Of a stretch of 64,000 nucleotides of DNA, positions 47,456 through 58,021 are shown piece after piece. The translations under genes and the position numbers were made by a program. Source of the DNA: Selaginella moellendorffii. Taxonomy: Eukaryota > Plantae > Lycopodiophyta. The notes under the pieces are model-generated. The model was not told the DNA's origin. It saw nothing but the letters and a program-made list of their open reading frames with translations, and did no database searches. Each line of letters begins with the position of its first letter. The first letter of the stretch is position 1. Location of the stretch: the NCBI RefSeq assembly GCF_000143415.4, contig NW_003314286.1, forward strand, positions 1,425,718 to 1,489,717. The letters are read 5' to 3'.

Positions 47456-49519
47456 CTAGCCACTGCTCTTCTGTAGCCTCAGATTCATCCGTAGCATGCT
47501 CCGGAGGACCCCATCGATGGCGGTGTCGAAAGCGTCGGCCCCGGAGAGCTCGTGATCCGCTGTAGCATACACGAGCTTGGGAAGAGCATCGATCAGAGTG
47601 TTCCTCATCGCCTTGACTCGCTCCTGCGAGAACCTCGACAGAACTTCCATGATCTTGGTACCTTTGCGAACGTCTTCCCTGTCTATGAACACCGAGTAGC
47701 TCTCGTCCTCCTCCGGGAAGAACCACTTGTACTGCCAGTAGGAACTCTGGTTCCAGAAGAAAACGGGAATGCAGCCCGCCAGAACCGAGTCGAAGATCGA
47801 CCGCCGGGTGTAGCCGTCACCCCGGGGTTGCAAGCAAAACGTCGAGTTGAGGAAGAGCTGGACCACGGGCTCGGGCGTCTCACACTTGCTGTCCGAGCAG
47901 TCCATGGCTGAGCACGCCCCCCGGCTGTCCGAGCACTGCGCCAGGAGCTCCAGCCGGAAGTCATTCGGAATCCTCTTCCTGGTAGCGCCGGCGAAGCTAA
48001 ACACGAGCCCCCTCTCCTTGTTCCTCACAAACTCCTGCCACTCCTGCAGCTGGTGCTCGTTATGGGGATGGAAGCTCGTCGGATATGGAACTCCATACTC
48101 GCCACCCTCCCAGGGATTGCTCTCAATGGCCAGCCGGGTCATGTTCTTCATCTCGGCCATGTTGAGCAGCCCGCTACCCCACGCGTTCTCCTCGGGCCGC
48201 CGAAAGTCCCAAGTTATCCGCCCGATCATGGTGAAGTGGTCTCGGCCCCGGGCCCGAGTCCAGGCCGGCTGGGTCGAGAGCCACTCCACGAGCTTGTGTC
48301 CGAGGTGGTCGCGGTCCTCGGCCTTGGACGGTCTCCACAGGTACCGGGAGACGTCCAGCCCCGCGTAGAATGGCACGTAGAAGACGTTGGCTGAGTCGGA
48401 ATCGTTCGTGACGCAGGGGTGGCGGAGGATCCTGGTGTGGAAGATGACCTCGCCGCTGAATTGCTCGGTGTAGAACCAGGGGGACGGCTTGGACGACGGC
48501 CATGGAGTCGTGGTCATGGGCTTGCCGAGGCCGCCGTGGGAGAGAGCGTCGCAGAGCGAGAGCCACGGGTTGAGGGTCGAGCAATTGGCGAGCAAGTCGG
48601 CGTTGAAGCGTGGTGGCAAGTCGTAGACGAAGATCCTGCCGCCTTTGCACACCGGATCCTCCTCTAGGATCGCGTTCTCGGATGCGAGTATGGACGCCTC
48701 CTTGGATTCCTCGCCTTTTTCTTCTGAATCGGTGTCTTTCTCGCCTTCCACTTCTTCGTCACCGCTGCCACCGACTTGAGCTTGCTGCTGTTCTTGAGAG
48801 ACTAGTCCTCTTCCATTTGAATCCTTGTTTTCCAGTTCTTCCTCGCCATCGCCAAGCTGGGAATCCCGTTTTCCTTGAGACAGTAGCTTTCCACCTTCGT
48901 CTTCTACTTCTTCTTCCTTCGATTCCACCTCTCGGACCGACGAAGCCGCATTGTCTAGAACAGCCGATCTGGAAACATCTCCGCGAGGTCGATCCAGGAA
49001 ACTTTTCCCTTGGGCTTCTTCCTCCTTCTTCTCCGCTTGCTTTGAGCGATCGCCCTCTGGTAGATGCCCCTGCCCCTGTTCTAAAGCTCCCAAGCTTTTC
49101 TTCTCGATCTTAGCCACCGACGAATCCTTGGGCCTGTTCTTGGCCGCTACAGTGTACAGCGTCCTGCCGATCGGGGCGTGATCCAGCTCCCCATGCGATG
49201 CCCCTGCCGATGGCGCCGATCGAAGAACCCCGAGAACCAGCAGCTGCAATATCAATAGCCCGAGCAGCAGCACCTTAGGGGCCGCGGCCACGCCGCGCAC
49301 GGACGACGCCGCCGAGCGCGATAGGGCGGCAATGGGGGGGAGCGACGCCAAACCTGGAGGAGGAGCGAACGATCGCCACTGCCACTGCCACTGCGGCGCC
49401 CATCGCCTGATCCTCGCCACGCCGGCGCGCGCCAGGTCCCCCGCCGCGTCGCGGATGCCATAGAACCGCGCGCGCAGCTCCCTGGCGCTTCTGGCCGCCG
49501 CCGCGCTGTGAGTCTTCAT
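47456..49519 (-). CDS. Exostosin/GT47 glycosyltransferase (MUR3/KATAMARI1-like), intronless
   Basis: Type II TM, acidic stem, IFVYDLPPRFN, FYVPFYAGLD, GRDHF, FCLQPRGD, SIFDSVLAGCIPV. Confidence 0.94.
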   Translation of the reverse strand: MKTHSAAAARSARELRARFYGIRDAAGDLARAGVARIRRWAPQWQWQWRSFAPPPGLASLPPIAALSRSAASSVRGVAAAPKVLLLGLLILQLLVLGVLRSAPSAGASHGELDHAPIGRTLYTVAAKNRPKDSSVAKIEKKSLGALEQGQGHLPEGDRSKQAEKKEEEAQGKSFLDRPRGDVSRSAVLDNAASSVREVESKEEEVEDEGGKLLSQGKRDSQLGDGEEELENKDSNGRGLVSQEQQQAQVGGSGDEEVEGEKDTDSEEKGEESKEASILASENAILEEDPVCKGGRIFVYDLPPRFNADLLANCSTLNPWLSLCDALSHGGLGKPMTTTPWPSSKPSPWFYTEQFSGEVIFHTRILRHPCVTNDSDSANVFYVPFYAGLDVSRYLWRPSKAEDRDHLGHKLVEWLSTQPAWTRARGRDHFTMIGRITWDFRRPEENAWGSGLLNMAEMKNMTRLAIESNPWEGGEYGVPYPTSFHPHNEHQLQEWQEFVRNKERGLVFSFAGATRKRIPNDFRLELLAQCSDSRGACSAMDCSDSKCETPEPVVQLFLNSTFCLQPRGDGYTRRSIFDSVLAGCIPVFFWNQSSYWQYKWFFPEEDESYSVFIDREDVRKGTKIMEVLSRFSQERVKAMRNTLIDALPKLVYATADHELSGADAFDTAIDGVLRSMLRMNLRLQKSSG

Positions 49520-49643
49520 CGAGAAAGTATCACAAAGCCCCCTCGGATTCGAACCCCCGCTCTCCCCCTCGTTTAAACTAGGCGAATATTACCATTTATT
49601 ATTTAGAGGTTTAGGGCAGAATATGCCGCGCCAAAAGAGCCCT

Positions 49644-49685
49644 ATCCCACATGCCCTGGCGCGAGAGAGAGCTCTCAATATAAAA
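49644..49685 (+). promoter_or_regulatory. snRNA-type promoter: USE (ATCCCACATGC) + TATA, Pol III spacing
   Basis: USE 49644-49654, TATAAAA 49679-49685, 24-bp spacer. Confidence 0.8.
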
Positions 49686-49709
49686 GAGGCTCCATTGGGG
49701 TATACTACC

Positions 49710-49925
49710 ACGACTGTACTTGAACAGGATCTGTTCTCTAGGTCGTACTTCAGTCCATGCCGAGAGGTATAGACAAACCGATAACCCCGGACGATGAGTT
49801 TGAGCCCCCCGGCTTGAGCGCGACCGTACGGGCCACTGGCGCAGTCACTGCGGCAGTGCTCCATAGATGACCGTTCACGCCGAGCTTGCTCGGGGTGGAG
49901 GCCGGGCGGGCAGTCTGACGGGTCA
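49710..49925 (+). ncRNA. U3: U3 snoRNA
   Basis: Plant U3 5' end ACGAC..TACTTGAACAGGATCTGTTCT.TAGG.TCGTAC (boxes A'/A), box C' GATGA, box B GAGCGCGA, box C GATGA, box D CTGA; T-tracts downstream. Confidence 0.93.
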
Positions 49926-50092
49926 AAACCTTTTGCTAGATTTTTATTTTGATTCGCAGGTGACAACCTTTGTTACTCAATTTTCCACACTCGATGATCA
50001 AAGTTTCAAGAGGCTTTTTTTCTTCTCTAAAACACAAGTTTTTGCCGTGAACAAGTCTTGGTTTGGAACTGGTTAGCTTACAAATGTGCCTG

Positions 50093-50702
50093 CTACACTG
50101 CTAGCCTCCATCTACCTTTGGCCCGTCTACGCCTGATAATCCGCCTCCCAGATGGAGTCCTCATCCTGCGCCAAACAAAACTTGGCTTTGATCCGCGAAA
50201 GTGAGATTGTCTAGTTCATTCACCTCACGAGGAATCCATGAGTTCTTTTCCGCTTCTTGTTGTTTGGCTGGTAAGTCCTCTTGGGCATCATGATCATCGG
50301 ACTGGGAATGGCAAAGCCAAAAAGAAAGAGACTCTCAGGCTAAAATAAAAGTGCACGATTACCTTTCGTCGGCATCCAAGATCTCGGGGCATTTCACTGT
50401 AAAGTTTCAGCCCCATAGTTTCTACTAGACAAGTACTTTCGAAGCGTACCCTCATCGTGAGCTGACGATGGCGCTGGATCGTTTGCAGGGCAGGGCAAAG
50501 GGAATCCCACCGGAATCAACAGAGCTAGGTCGTCGGATGGAGCTGTAAACCGCTGCATTGCATCCCACGGCGCGTCTGGATTCTCGCGCCCTTGCATTGC
50601 CCACCACACCTGATGATCCTGACACACTGCCGCCGAGCGCCAAAGAATCTGCCTGCCGCTCCGCCAGGGCGCCGCGCGATTCATCACTAGCCGCCAAGCC
50701 AT
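50093..50702 (-). CDS. rpl34: Mitochondrial ribosomal protein bL34 precursor (4 exons)
   Basis: Spliced product ends '...[44 protein letters not shown]'; Arg/Trp-rich N-terminal presequence; splice phases consistent. Confidence 0.88.
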
Positions 50703-51899
50703 CGGCGAGTTCTCCTTTTAGGGTTGCACTGGATTTAAAAGAGCGAAAACACCGATAGTGTGCATGCCTGTGAGCTCTTCATATTGGCAACTCTCTGTTG
50801 AAAAGTTCTATAGATTGAGCTAAAGGAAAAAAGAAATTTTAAAATTTAATGCTTTAACAATTTCAAAAACTCTGACAAAAGCTTGAAAACTCTATGTAAT
50901 AGCAATGCAACTTCAGTTGATAGTAGAAGCCATTATACCTCTACTATCAGTGGACATAGTGGACATTACTTGTTATATTCTATCTCAACCAACCTTTGTG
51001 ACGCGGGGTTCAGAAATTTATCATCCCGAACCTTCCTGAGAGCTTTTGTGACACAAGTGGCATCTGGATCATGACCTCTTAGGTTCCTGTCCATCGCCAC
51101 GTCGTAGCATTTACTCTATAAAACCATGACCTTGATCCCAATATCAGATCTCTCAACAAGAACACTAGAAGTGATTTTCTGCGTCTTGCCCTTGAACATC
51201 CAAGACACCTCTCTCGCACACAACGCGGTAGCCCCCATCGTACTCAAACAGTGCCAGAAGCAAAACTGACATGTCGACCACAGGCGATTCCTTGAGCCTG
51301 TGTGCCTTCCGATGATGACCTTCACCAGGCACTGAACGAAGCGCAAGCGTATGTCACCAATCCGTATTGTCGACTGCAGCATCACATCGCTGAAGTCTAG
51401 AGCCAGGGACTCGCTCACATCCTCGTTGTAACCCTGAGGAGGAAAACGCGCGAAGTCCCTAATACTGAACCCTTAGTTGTAGATTAAAGAACGTTTGAAC
51501 TACATTGTTTTTCTCGAGGATGGAGAAAGAGCGCGACTTGACACTGGACGACGCGATTTCCAGGGCTTGATCCTCTCCTAGGTATGTCCTGAGGCGATGG
51601 AGCTTACTTTTGGGATGTGCTCACTCCAAGAGGAGGTATAATTTCCAGATCTTTCTTTTTCGTTGGAACTGACTTTGTAGGCGTTTGGGTTCTTCCAAAT
51701 TACTATCGGGGTTCATTGAATTTGTTTAACCGTAATTTTTTGGTTTCTGTTTTATATTGATTTTCCTAAACAACTTTCATCTGGAACCATCACAAAGAGC
51801 TGTTCAAATGAAGATAGTTTGCTGCTCGGCAACGTGCTCGTCCACCTCTGGCATTATCATCCAGAGAGACATGTTTTCTGTGCCGGTGGTGAGGCCGGT

Positions 51900-52640
51900 T
51901 GTGTCCGTTCCACACCGTCCTCAATGCCCCAGGAGGGAACTATCGTGAAATCCTGGGAATGGTGATTGTCAATGGGCTCGCGGATCACCCAGACTCGCCC
52001 AAAGGTAGCACGGCTCAGAAGATGTTATGCCCGGATTGCTCGCAGCCAAAAGCGAAGATACATGCAACGCGGATGACCCTTAGTATGAGAAAAAGCAACG
52101 AGAGTGCAAGTCGGGAACACTCACGACTGGGAGAAGTACCTCGCACCCTGGCATTGCCAACAGTTCAAGGGGAGGACAAGTCAACTGGGTGATCTCTCTA
52201 CAAATCTGGCGATCCCAAGGATCCCACAAACTATCGGACTATATAGCGGGCACATCTTTGTCAAAGTCTTCGCCACTCTCGCCAGGGGTATGGATTGAGG
52301 CTATGGTCTCTCAATCCCTCTCTCGCACTGGTTCTCCTGGTTTTGAGGGTCTGGGAGGTCTCAAACTACACAGATCTCACCAGGCATTCAGAGTTCCCCA
52401 CCACTTTCTGATACGTCCCTACAAGTTCCCATGGCGATAATTGAACTCTATCGCAATGCTATTTACGTGGATGCCTTGTAAAGTCATCCAGGGGAAAATG
52501 CCACACAATATCACATCTGGACCCCTTCATGGGGAATTCTGCGATGCCTCAGGCATGGAAGTCAACCTCACAAAGATGCAAAGCATGATCTTCGGCAGCC
52601 GTTGCCGAAAGATGCTTTTTATCAGGGAACCAAGCTAACA
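51900..52640 (+). mobile_element. Heavily deleted non-LTR retrotransposon (LINE) relic
   Basis: 'LGMVIVNG' endonuclease-like piece; RT pieces 'LYKSGDPKDPTNYRTI..HIFVKVFATL' and 'FCDASGMEVNLTKMQSMIFG'. Confidence 0.75.
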
Positions 52641-53423
52641 ACACCGCATCATAGCAGCTAAATGGTCTCACGTGGAGACCGGCCGACGAATCCGCCCACG
52701 GCTGCCACGCCACCTCTGCCACTAGCTGTGCAACGCAGCCCAGGTATATGCCCCACAATTCCTATCGCATGAGGAAGAGGTCAGCCTCCTGGAGCAATGA
52801 TGAAGAAATGGAAGAGCTTGTGGAGTTCATTGAAGACATAGATGGGGCAGAGGGTTCAAGATGCCACAGCGCTCTGTCACCTTTTGAGGCAACTCCTCAT
52901 TATAAAAATACACCAGGAAACTTTGAGAAGTAAATGTCCAGATTGCGCAGGCTTTCCACGGCCTTATCAAATGTTGTTTTCATCAGCCCTCCTGGCAAGT
53001 GGGTGAAACTTGTCAATGGTTCTTCTCAAACAAATCAATCAAACTTGAGCATCTTGCAAGTCCTTGGCCCGCTTTCAAACGGCGTAAGTAGAGATAGTTG
53101 TTGAATCACCGTAAGGTGGCAGTGCGTAAAAAGAAAAACGATTTCTTCATGGAATCTCCAGCAAGCGTGTCGCGGGCTTGAGACTTCCGCCTCCTAGAAG
53201 CTTGCAGTACAAGAGGACGACCGAGGCTGGAACACAAGCCCCTTGCCTACCAACAATGCATGTTGAGAGTGGCCCTGTGCCACGTGGCTAGTCCACGTGG
53301 AGAGACACGAGTCTTCACCGGTTCACCATGTCACACATATGTACATTTTCCATTCCATATATGCTATGACGGATCTTGAGCACCATCACACGGTTTCACC
53401 TTTCGTTAGATGGTATCGGAGCA

Positions 53424-53564
53424 ATGCCTGGGAGAGCGAGAAGAATTCGAAACCGTAGGATCAGGGCGACACTTGCTAGGGTGAATCAGAGCCTCCGTCT
53501 ACGTAGACAGAGGCGTGCCCTAATCCAAACGCTCCAGGCCTTGCAAGAGGCACTGGACGACTAA
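53424..53564 (+). CDS. Arg-rich 46-aa upstream ORF of the copia element (hypothetical)
   Basis: MPGRARRIRNRRIRATLARVNQSLRLRRQRRALIQTLQALQEALDD*, immediately after the PBS. Confidence 0.45.
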   Translation: MPGRARRIRNRRIRATLARVNQSLRLRRQRRALIQTLQALQEALDD

Positions 53565-53613
53565 GAACCTGGACCTAGACTTGAACGAGTGGTGGGATTG
53601 GGTGTCAGCACCC

Positions 53614-56600
53614 ATGGCAGCCACTGTTCCTACAAATACGCCTCCAAATCCACCACCTATTTCCCCTCCCATCACAAATCCGACTGTGCCTACAGCGGAT
53701 ATCGTTTCAGTGGACGCAAATCCACCAAAATTTGATGGGAGGAACTGGCGCTTCTGGAAGACAAAATTCGAATCCTATATGGATGAACGAGGCCTCTGGG
53801 ACATCACCACAGGAACTGAGACACTTCCAGATACAGCTACAGTGGATGAAACTGCGAAGTATCGCAAGAAGGACCGGAGAGCTTTGGGCAAATTCCATGC
53901 AGCGCTGGAGGGGCGAGAATTCCATTGCATTGGACGGTGCAAGAGTGCAAAGGAAGCGTGGGAGGCCATGAAGCAGACTTACCAGATCCCTTCAACATCC
54001 CATCGCATCTTTTTACGGAAGCAGCTTCATGCACTGGTGATGGCTGAAGGGGATGACCTCAAGGATCATCTTGCTGCAGCGAGAACAATCTTAGATGATC
54101 TTAAGGATGTGGGAGCGAAGATAGAGGATGAAGAAGAAGCAGAGCTGGTGCTCGTCACACTTCCTCCATCCTTTGATCCTCTCATACGTAGCCTCACTAC
54201 CACTGGAACTCCTCTAACCCTGAATGGCGTGATCAGTAGCCTCCAGGACGATGATCTGAGACGAAGAGCAACAACAGGATCAGAGGCCGTTGCATTCTAC
54301 TCTTCTCTCAGGAAAGAAACAGTGAACAAAGGGAAACAAGGAGCCTCTTCATCCAAGAAGCCCAAGTGTTCTCATTGCAACAAGAAAGGCCATGACGAAG
54401 CTCAATGCTGGGTGAAAAATCCATCTCTCAAGCCTGTAAGGAACAATGCAAAGAAAAAGGTGGTGCACGCCTTCATCTTGTCACGAGCTATGGCAGTGGC
54501 AGCACTGTCTACAGAGTGCATCTACCTGGATTCTGCTGCTACAGACCATATGTTCAACAGTGATAAGTACTTTGAAGCCTATGTTCCTACAGCCACAGAG
54601 GAGTATGTCATCGTTGGCAATGCCCAGCAGCTTGCTGTGAAAGGAGTTGGAACCATCAAGTTCACTTTACCACAAGGAATAGTCGTAAAGATCCACGAGG
54701 TTCTTTATATTCCTGGTTTATGTGCTAATTTGTTCTCTGTGGGACAATTTGCTGAGGATGGGTATCAGTTCGCCATTACACCTCGCCAATTCCAGCTGAT
54801 CTCGACCACAGGAGCCATCCTCACAGCGTCCCGGCCTGGACGGCGTGACCTCTACCGCCTTACCATGCTGCCAGATCTTGCTGGACGGAGTCTGGGCCTA
54901 CACGCACAAAAGACAACGACCAGTCACTCACTGGAGCTTTGGCACGCACGCCTGGGGCATCCTAGTGCTGATAGAATCAAGCAGCTCGCACGCGAGCAGA
55001 TGGTTGAAGGTCTAGACCTGGACCCAAGAGCCGTTCTTCCATTTTGCCAGGGCTGTCAGCTAGGAAAATCTACTCGCCAACCTTTCCCCAAGACTGGAGC
55101 ATCTCGAGCTACAGAGCTCATGGAACTTGTACACACTGATGTGAGTGGCCCGATGGCCACCACAGCAGTGGGAGGTATCCAATACTTTATCAGTTTCATT
55201 GATGACTACAGTCGTCGCACTATGATCTACCCTATGGCTCGCAAATCCCAATCGTTACACTACTTCCAGACTTTCAAGGATATGGGAGAAACACAAACTG
55301 GGAAAATGCTCAAGCGATTGAGAAGTGATGGTGGAGGCGAATTCACTTCCAATGCTTTCAACCAGCTGTGTGAGCAAGGAGGGATTGTGCGAGAACTTAC
55401 AACGCGAGAGACTCCACAACAGAATGGCGTAGCTGAGCGCAAGAATCGCACACTAGTGGAGAGTGCTCGGGCAATGCTACTTTCCAGTGGTTTGCCTCGC
55501 AGCTTCTGGTTTCACGCTGTTTTGACGGCGAACTATCTCCAGAACCGGCTCCCCACCTCTGCCCTTGCTGACATCACTCCTGAAGAAGCATGGAGTGGCA
55601 AGAAACCTACAGTTACGCATCTGAGAATATTCGGGTGTGAAGCGTGGGCACACATCCCTGATGGAATGCGCAAGAAATTGGATCCCAAGAGCCAGAAGGC
55701 TGTGTTTGTGGGCTACAGCCTCGATCACAAAGCCTATCGTCTCTGGAATCCAATCACGAAGCAGGAGATCCTGAGCAGAGAAGTGGTTTTCAACGAGAAT
55801 TCGTTTCTTCCTTCTAGTCAAGGTTCTACTTCCAGACCTACCTTGACCGAAGAAAATGACGTTGAAGCGGAACAAGATCAGTTGACTGTCGGCACGATCA
55901 CTGTGCCGCTTCAAACAGTCCCTACGCAACAACCCATGCCCGCTTCTACTCCAACACCACCAACCCCGCCGCCTCCTCCAGATCCTCTACGCAGATCGAT
56001 CCGCACAAGGCGGCCTACTGAGCGTCTCATCGAGACAATGGTCTCCTCTCGTGCAGCTACTCCTACTGTTCCGAGGACCTATGGAGAAGCCATGGCCTCA
56101 CAGGAAGCGTCTTACTGGCGTGTAGCAATGGAAGCCGAGATTGCTTCACAGCAAAAGAACGAGACACATGTTCTTGTTCCAACTGTGCCTTCCGATCGCC
56201 AGATTATCAAGAGCATGTGGGTGTATGCTCTGAAGCTTAATCCTGATGGCTCGGTTCGCTACAAGGCGCGATTGGTGGCGAAAGGATGCTCGCAAGTTCC
56301 TGGACTTGACTACAACGACACCTTTGCTCCAGTGGTTAAGCATTCTACTCTTCGTTCCTTGATTAATTTTGCTGCGGTGGGAGATTTTGATCTGGAACAG
56401 ATGGATGTGACCACGGCGTTTCTTTATGGCGCGCTTGAAGAAGAAATCTATATGGCACAGCCAGAAGGATTTCTAGCCGCTGGAAAAGAGGATCATCTCT
56501 GGCTTCTCAAGAAAGCTGTCTACGGTTTGAAACAAGCACCCAGATCTTGGTACAAACGCTTTGACGATTTTATACTAAGTGTGGGCTTTTCCCGTAGCGA

Positions 56601-57693
56601 GGCAGACCCGAATCTTTATATTCGGGTGGAGGGTGAATCATTTGTGATCATCGGTCTTTATGTTGATGATACTCTTGTCATCCATAATCATCGCTTAATG
56701 TTTCTCCAGGTTAAGCGAGATCTTTGCAGCCAATTTGAGATGAAAACTCTTGGCTCGGCTTCCTACTTTCTTGGCATGGAACTTGTGCGTGATCGCTCTC
56801 AACGCACTATCTATCTTCACCAAGCCAAGTATATAGAAGATATGCTGGCCAGGTTTTCTATGACGAGCTCTAATCCAGTGGCGACACCAATGGAACTAGG
56901 CTGCCAGCTTTCACAAGCCATGTCTCCTGAGACAGAGGACGACAAGAGAGCCATGGACTCCATCCCTTACAGACAAGCTGTTGGCAGTCTCATGTATCCA
57001 GCTGTTTGTACGCGCCCAGATATTTCTTTTGCCGTGAGCAAAGTTAGCCAATTCCTGGCTAATCCTGGATCTCAACATTGGGCAGCGGTGAAACGCATCT
57101 TCAGGTACCTTCGAGGTACTACTTACCTTGGATTGTGCTACCAGGGAGAAGCGCTTACCCTCACGGGGTACTGTGATGCTGATTTTGGGGGAGACTGTGA
57201 CACACGCAAGTGCACCTCTGGCTATTCGTTTTCCCTGGGCAGTGCGACAGTCTCGTGGTGCAGCAGGAAGCAAAGTACAGTGGCAACCTCTAGTACTGAA
57301 GCAGAATATTTGGCAGCCTCACAAGCTACCAAAGAAGGTGTGTGGTTACGCTCACTACTTTCTAACCTTGGTGTGAGTGTGAAGACTCCCACTCGCCTCT
57401 TCTGTGACAATCAAAGCTGCATTGCGTTAGCGGCCAATCCTCGCTTTCATTCACACACCAAACACTTTGGGATTCATCATCATTTCGTTCGTGAGAAAGT
57501 GGAAGATGGCACAATTGAGCTGATCTACTGCGACACGACCACTCAGGTTGCAGATATCTTCACAAAAGCACTACCCCGAGATCGATTTCAAGTCCATCGC
57601 GAAGGGCTGGGACTTTCTCCACTGATGAGCATCACTCGTGATGGCCACAGTGCCAGTGGGAGTGTTGAGAGTGGCCCTGTGCCACGTGGCTAG
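53614..57693 (+). CDS. Copia gag-pol polyprotein (gag-CCHC, protease, integrase, RT, RNase H)
   Basis: CSHCNKKGHDEAQC, LDSAATDHM, WHARLGH..CQGC, RSDGGGEF, NGVAER, YVDD, ADIFTKAL; uninterrupted; stop lies inside the 3' LTR. Confidence 0.96.
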   Translation: MAATVPTNTPPNPPPISPPITNPTVPTADIVSVDANPPKFDGRNWRFWKTKFESYMDERGLWDITTGTETLPDTATVDETAKYRKKDRRALGKFHAALEGREFHCIGRCKSAKEAWEAMKQTYQIPSTSHRIFLRKQLHALVMAEGDDLKDHLAAARTILDDLKDVGAKIEDEEEAELVLVTLPPSFDPLIRSLTTTGTPLTLNGVISSLQDDDLRRRATTGSEAVAFYSSLRKETVNKGKQGASSSKKPKCSHCNKKGHDEAQCWVKNPSLKPVRNNAKKKVVHAFILSRAMAVAALSTECIYLDSAATDHMFNSDKYFEAYVPTATEEYVIVGNAQQLAVKGVGTIKFTLPQGIVVKIHEVLYIPGLCANLFSVGQFAEDGYQFAITPRQFQLISTTGAILTASRPGRRDLYRLTMLPDLAGRSLGLHAQKTTTSHSLELWHARLGHPSADRIKQLAREQMVEGLDLDPRAVLPFCQGCQLGKSTRQPFPKTGASRATELMELVHTDVSGPMATTAVGGIQYFISFIDDYSRRTMIYPMARKSQSLHYFQTFKDMGETQTGKMLKRLRSDGGGEFTSNAFNQLCEQGGIVRELTTRETPQQNGVAERKNRTLVESARAMLLSSGLPRSFWFHAVLTANYLQNRLPTSALADITPEEAWSGKKPTVTHLRIFGCEAWAHIPDGMRKKLDPKSQKAVFVGYSLDHKAYRLWNPITKQEILSREVVFNENSFLPSSQGSTSRPTLTEENDVEAEQDQLTVGTITVPLQTVPTQQPMPASTPTPPTPPPPPDPLRRSIRTRRPTERLIETMVSSRAATPTVPRTYGEAMASQEASYWRVAMEAEIASQQKNETHVLVPTVPSDRQIIKSMWVYALKLNPDGSVRYKARLVAKGCSQVPGLDYNDTFAPVVKHSTLRSLINFAAVGDFDLEQMDVTTAFLYGALEEEIYMAQPEGFLAAGKEDHLWLLKKAVYGLKQAPRSWYKRFDDFILSVGFSRSEADPNLYIRVEGESFVIIGLYVDDTLVIHNHRLMFLQVKRDLCSQFEMKTLGSASYFLGMELVRDRSQRTIYLHQAKYIEDMLARFSMTSSNPVATPMELGCQLSQAMSPETEDDKRAMDSIPYRQAVGSLMYPAVCTRPDISFAVSKVSQFLANPGSQHWAAVKRIFRYLRGTTYLGLCYQGEALTLTGYCDADFGGDCDTRKCTSGYSFSLGSATVSWCSRKQSTVATSSTEAEYLAASQATKEGVWLRSLLSNLGVSVKTPTRLFCDNQSCIALAANPRFHSHTKHFGIHHHFVREKVEDGTIELIYCDTTTQVADIFTKALPRDRFQVHREGLGLSPLMSITRDGHSASGSVESGPVPRG

Positions 57694-58021
57694 TCCACGT
57701 GGAGAGACACGAGTCTTCACCGGTTCACCATGTCACACATATGTACATTTTCCATTCCATATATGCTATGACGGATCTTGAGCACCATCACACGGTTTCA
57801 CCTTTCGTTAGAATGCACGCATCCAGTTACCCGCACTTGAATGCGGGGAGTGCTCTTTGTGTGGTGAAAAGTCTTTGTGTTGCAAACAGGGCGTTGCACG
57901 GCGTGAAGAAAAGTCTTTGTCTAAACCCAGCACGCGAAAAAGAAATATTAGAAAAGCAAGGAAAGACTGCATTTGCATGCCTTGAGTTTTCTTTCTCGAG
58001 CAAAGTCGCAAGTCCCCCTCC

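Larger units (their letters stand above)
53261..57812 (+). mobile_element. Full-length Ty1/copia LTR retrotransposon
   Basis: Identical 150-bp LTRs (53261-53410, 57663-57812), TSD ATGCA, PBS TGGTATCGGAGC (tRNA-iMet), single gag-pol ORF. Confidence 0.98.
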
